A stretch of DNA of 64,000 nucleotides, from NCBI GenBank assembly GCA_036654235.1, contig JAVVSK010000009.1, forward strand, positions 19,539 to 83,538, read 5' to 3'. Positions 60,937 to 64,000 of this stretch are shown here, in pieces; within the stretch, counting starts at the first letter, position 1, and the number at the start of each line of letters is the position of its first letter. The notes beneath the pieces were generated by a model. The model worked only from the letters and a program-made list of their open reading frames with translations. It was not told the origin of the DNA and ran no database searches. Position numbers and translations under genes: made by a program. Source of the DNA: Clostridia bacterium (GTDB taxonomy: Bacteria > Bacillota > Clostridia > Christensenellales > CAG-138).

Positions 60937-60971
60937 GGGCGTGTCTGAAAAAAGCTTTTTTAGACACGCCC
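60937..60971. terminator. long near-perfect hairpin (possible terminator)
   Basis: GGGCGTGTCT-G-AAAAAAGCTTTTTT-AGACACGCCC. There is no external U-tract. Confidence 0.4.
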
Positions 60972-60984
60972 TAATATTTATACT

Positions 60985-61217
60985 AAAGGCTAACTACCCG
61001 CATATGTATATCGGGATGAACTTTTCAAAGGAACTGCAATGCAAGTATCAATATTAGAAATGAGGGTATGCGTTTAGCCTTTGCCTAATCAAAAACAAAG
61101 AACCGTGGAGCACACGGGGTTAGCTCGCCTAGGCTGTAGCCACCGGGTTACTTGAACGAGAAGCCCCCATCTCAAACTCATTTATGAGTTAGGTGGTGGG
61201 AGTATGTCACTGATTAG
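60985..61217 (+). ncRNA. candidate structured RNA / ligA leader (unclassified)
   Basis: Two adjacent domains, each closed by a long-range helix. Domain 1 pairs AAAGGCTAA (60985-93) with TTAGCCTTT (61074-82), and CGCATA (60999-61004) with TATGCG (61067-72). Domain 2 pairs CTAATCA (61085-91) with TGATTAG (61211-17). Domain 2 also has an internal hairpin CCGTG-GAGCA-CACGG (61103-17) and a stem of about 15 bp at 61166-61200. The folding was done by hand only, and strand and function are unknown. Confidence 0.3.
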
Positions 61218-61255
61218 AACTAAAAATAAATAACGATTGTGGTTTGAGGATTTAT

Positions 61256-63217
61256 ATGGATAGGATTGACGAACTCATCGAGCTTTTAAATAAGTATGCG
61301 GAGGCATATTATAATATTGAGGTTGCGCCTTTGGTTTCCGACGCGGAATATGACGCGCTTTTTGACGAGCTTACTGAGCTGGAGAGGAGAACGGGAGCGG
61401 TACGCCTAAATTCTCCGACTATAATGGTTGGTGCCGCTGTAGCGCAAAATAAGTTTTCGCCGCATACGCACCTTAACAGGCTCTATAGTCTCGACAAGGT
61501 GCAGTCTCTTGATGAGCTTAAATCTTTCATGATAAAACTTAAGCGCACAGTAAATAACGCCGTTTTCGCTCTCGAATATAAGTTCGACGGGCTTACCGTT
61601 AACCTAACCTATCGAAACGGACATCTCGACGAGGCGGCAACACGCGGAAACGGAGTTGTCGGAGAGGCGATATTGAATCAGGTAAAAACGATAAAATCAA
61701 TTCCTCAGACGATTGAATATAAGGGTACTCTGGAGGTTCAAGGCGAGGGCGTTATGCGCCTTTCGGTTCTTGAAAAATACAATAAAACTGCTCAAAAACC
61801 GCTAAAAAACGCGAGGAACGCCGTTGCGGGAGCTCTTAGAAACCTAGATCCGCGCGTTACGGCGTCTCGCTCTCTCGATTGCTTCTGTTATAGCGTAGGC
61901 TATGCTCAGGATAAGACTTTTAGCGATTATCGAGATATGCGTGCATTTCTTATTGAAAATGGATTTCCGGTTTCGGATTTCGCCTTTTTTTCTGACGATG
62001 AAAACGAAATAATCGATGAAATAAAAGAAATAAATCGTGGAAGCTTAGATTTTCTAATAGACGGAATGGTTCTTAAACTTTGCAATATGGATCATTGGGA
62101 AAATCTTGGGTATACGGATAGGTTTCCAAAATTTGAAATGGCATATAAGTTTCCCGCCGAAACCGCGGAGACGACCGTTTTAGATATAGATTGGCAAGTT
62201 GGGCGAACGGGAAAACTTACGCCCTTAGCGCGCGTTGTCCCCGTTGAGCTTTGCGGAGCGACGGTTAAAAACGCTACGCTTAATAATTTCGACGATATAG
62301 TTAGGAAGCGCGTTTCAAAGGGCGCGCGCGTTTTAATTCGGCGAAGTAACGACGTTATACCGGAAATTTTGTCGAGTCTAAGTATGGAGGCAACGATTGA
62401 AGCTCCGCCCAATTTTTGCCCTTCTTGCAAGGCTCACGTTGAAAAGCGCGGTGTCCATATTTTTTGTACAAATTCGCTTTCTTGCGCTTCGCAAATAGAA
62501 GCGCGGATAAGTCATTTCGCCGCGCGCGACTGCATGGATATCGATGGGCTTTCCGACAAGACCGCGGAGCTTTTGCATACGGAACTTGGAGTAGACAGTA
62601 TACCTAAGCTATACGAGCTGACGGAAATTGAGCTTTTATCGCTTCAAAAATTTGGTGAAAAGAAGGCGGCATCAATAATCGGAGCTATCGAAAAGAGTAA
62701 AAACTGTTCTCTTGCGGCATTTTTATTTGCAATAGGTATTCCGAATGTAGGGAAAAAGACAGCGATGGATGTTGCAAATAAGTTTTTAACGTTAAAAGCC
62801 GTCCGTGCGGCTTCGAGAGAGGAACTTATGTCTGTGCCCGATATAGGGGATGTTGTTGCGGACGATATAATTGCTTTCTTCGGAGACAGAAAAATTTCGG
62901 AGGATATAGATAGACTCCTTATCCTCGGGGTTTTGCCGCGAAGCGTCGAGAAGCCTATTGAGGGAGGCGCGTTTTTCGGAAAGACCGTTGTAATTACGGG
63001 GACTTTGCCGACGCTTTCGCGGCGCAGCGCGGAGGAAATTATAGTTAAAAACGGTGGAAAGACGGCGTCATCCGTATCCAAAAAAACGGATTTTCTTATA
63101 GCCGGAGAGGAAGCCGGGAGTAAACTCGAAAGGGCGCGAGAGCTTAATATAAGGATAGTCGACGAAAAGGAATTTTTAGCTATGCTAAACGGGAATGCGC
63201 CGGGTGAATCGGATTAA
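61256..63217 (+). CDS. ligA: NAD-dependent DNA ligase
   Basis: Adenylation motif EYKFDG (KxDG), a Zn finger (CPSC...C...C), HhH repeats and a C-terminal BRCT domain (GKTVVITGTL). The start is at the ATG behind a GAGGA RBS. Confidence 0.93.
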   Translation: MDRIDELIELLNKYAEAYYNIEVAPLVSDAEYDALFDELTELERRTGAVRLNSPTIMVGAAVAQNKFSPHTHLNRLYSLDKVQSLDELKSFMIKLKRTVNNAVFALEYKFDGLTVNLTYRNGHLDEAATRGNGVVGEAILNQVKTIKSIPQTIEYKGTLEVQGEGVMRLSVLEKYNKTAQKPLKNARNAVAGALRNLDPRVTASRSLDCFCYSVGYAQDKTFSDYRDMRAFLIENGFPVSDFAFFSDDENEIIDEIKEINRGSLDFLIDGMVLKLCNMDHWENLGYTDRFPKFEMAYKFPAETAETTVLDIDWQVGRTGKLTPLARVVPVELCGATVKNATLNNFDDIVRKRVSKGARVLIRRSNDVIPEILSSLSMEATIEAPPNFCPSCKAHVEKRGVHIFCTNSLSCASQIEARISHFAARDCMDIDGLSDKTAELLHTELGVDSIPKLYELTEIELLSLQKFGEKKAASIIGAIEKSKNCSLAAFLFAIGIPNVGKKTAMDVANKFLTLKAVRAASREELMSVPDIGDVVADDIIAFFGDRKISEDIDRLLILGVLPRSVEKPIEGGAFFGKTVVITGTLPTLSRRSAEEIIVKNGGKTASSVSKKTDFLIAGEEAGSKLERARELNIRIVDEKEFLAMLNGNAPGESD

Positions 63218-63227
63218 AGACTTAAAA

Positions 63228-63286
63228 AACGGGTTATTGGGAATTGACGCTTAAAGAGGACGTCTCCCTATAACCCGTTTTTCTTT
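63228..63286 (+). terminator. rho-independent terminator after ligA
   Basis: AACGGGTTAT-T-GGGA...TCCC-T-ATAACCCGTT followed by TTTCTTT. Confidence 0.75.
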
Positions 63287-63450
63287 ACTCCAGGTCATTT
63301 TTTTCAAACAATAGAAATGCCCGTCGTTGCCACTCTTTTCTATGAAAAAAGCATGTGCATTTTCAACGTGAGAATTTTCACCCACCTTTAGACTATAATT
63401 TTGCGCGTATATGTGCTAGAATAGTTAAAATAAATAAGCAGGTATACATT

Positions 63451-63921
63451 ATGAAAAAAATATTCAGTGAATTTAGGGATTTTGCTTTTCGCGGCAATGT
63501 CATAGACCTTGCTGTTGGCGTTATGATCGGCGGCGCGTTTTCAAAAATAGTTTCTTCTCTTGTAAGCGATTTGTTTATGCCCATTATTGCACTAATAACC
63601 GGCGGTTTTGATTTTACTAATCTATTTATAGCTCTCGACGGAAAAACTTATCAAACTCTGAATCAGGCGAAGGAGGCAGGAGCGGCAACTCTGAATTACG
63701 GCGTTTTTTTGACACAGGTGATTGACTTTTTACTTATGGCGTTTTGCGTTTTTCTCTTTGTAAAGTTGATAGGTAAATTGAAAAATAAGTTAATAACCGA
63801 TAAGCCTATAGAGATCGAAAGAAAATGCCCCTATTGCTTCGAGATTATTCCTAAAGAGGCTCTTCGTTGTCCACATTGTACCTCGGAGCTGACTGCGGTT
63901 ATCGAAAACAAACAAGCATAA
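63451..63921 (+). CDS. mscL: large-conductance mechanosensitive channel MscL with C-terminal zinc-ribbon extension
   Basis: MKKIFSEFRDFAFRGNVIDLAVGVMIGGAFSKIV is canonical MscL. The tail is RKCPYCFEIIPKEALRCPHCTSEL. The start was trimmed from the track ORF. Confidence 0.88.
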   Translation: MKKIFSEFRDFAFRGNVIDLAVGVMIGGAFSKIVSSLVSDLFMPIIALITGGFDFTNLFIALDGKTYQTLNQAKEAGAATLNYGVFLTQVIDFLLMAFCVFLFVKLIGKLKNKLITDKPIEIERKCPYCFEIIPKEALRCPHCTSELTAVIENKQA

Positions 63922-63963
63922 ATCATACAAATTATATATCATTTTTAGGAGGACTTATATTTT

Positions 63964-64000
63964 ATGAAACTAATAGGCGCTATAATTCTATCGGCAGGCG
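63964..64000 (+). CDS. 5' end of an ORF (MKLIGAIILSAG...), possibly a nucleotidyltransferase-fold protein
   Basis: An AGGAGG RBS 8 nt upstream of the ATG. Only 12 codons are visible. AIILSAG resembles the N-terminus of NTP-transferases. Confidence 0.3.
   Translation, partial: MKLIGAIILSAG

Noticed and set aside
61150-61215. A possible T-box or SRP/6S RNA upstream of ligA, because of GGTGGTGGGAG and the extensive pairing.
   Set aside because: There is no T-box consensus (AGGGUGGUACCGCG-type) or specifier architecture, and ligA is not an aminoacyl-tRNA-related gene. The SRP helix-8 motif (GGAAGGAAGCAGC-like) is absent. The region is kept only as an unclassified structured candidate.
1-64000. 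CRISPR arrays, IS elements, prophage or defence islands.
   Set aside because: Reading both strands, I saw no regularly spaced direct repeats and no transposase, integrase, recombinase or phage-structural ORFs. I also saw no cluster of unknown genes. Every large ORF except four small or medium hypotheticals has a housekeeping or surface-structure assignment.

Overview
This is a chromosomal window from an AT-rich, spore-forming Firmicute of the Clostridia type. The cohesin/dockerin proteins and the Ger receptor suggest a Ruminococcus/Oscillospiraceae-like organism, but that is inference only. Most of the content is core housekeeping. In order it holds a partial aminotransferase, cobB, trxA, lysS, greA and dusB. 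Next come a 9-gene tRNA array (Arg-His-Gln-Lys-Leu-Lys-Gly-Gly-Lys) and a decayed LytTR regulator plus ABC-exporter remnant. MATE and MacAB-type efflux genes follow, then rpmG-secE-nusG-rplK-rplA-rplJ-rplL. After rplL lie an FHA/FtsW-RodA/PBP module and a 962-aa secreted dockerin protein. A complete type IV pilus locus follows, with three tandem major-pilin copies of which the middle one is a pseudogene. Then come an acyl-CoA dehydrogenase/EtfB/ferredoxin-fused EtfA operon, apbE, and purB-purA. After these lie a two-cohesin plus dockerin scaffoldin-like protein, a gerA/B/C germinant receptor and pckA. The window ends with rpoB-rpoC, ligA and mscL. Two genes missing from the supplied ORF track were recovered by hand: the edge-truncated aminotransferase (1-1165, minus strand) and rpmG (14896-15045). 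I saw no CRISPR array, transposase, integrase, phage gene or recognisable defence gene. I did not find a convincing, wholly novel multi-gene system. The items most worth a second look are listed here.
- The pilin paralogue array within the T4P locus.
- A roughly 230-nt two-domain structured element upstream of ligA.
- The CarCDE-like Etf operon.
- The secreted dockerin protein with a possible His/Cys protease dyad.
- The gene-decay patch next to the tRNA array.
- The 34-kb separation of rplL from rpoB.
All structure and domain calls were made by eye, without searches.
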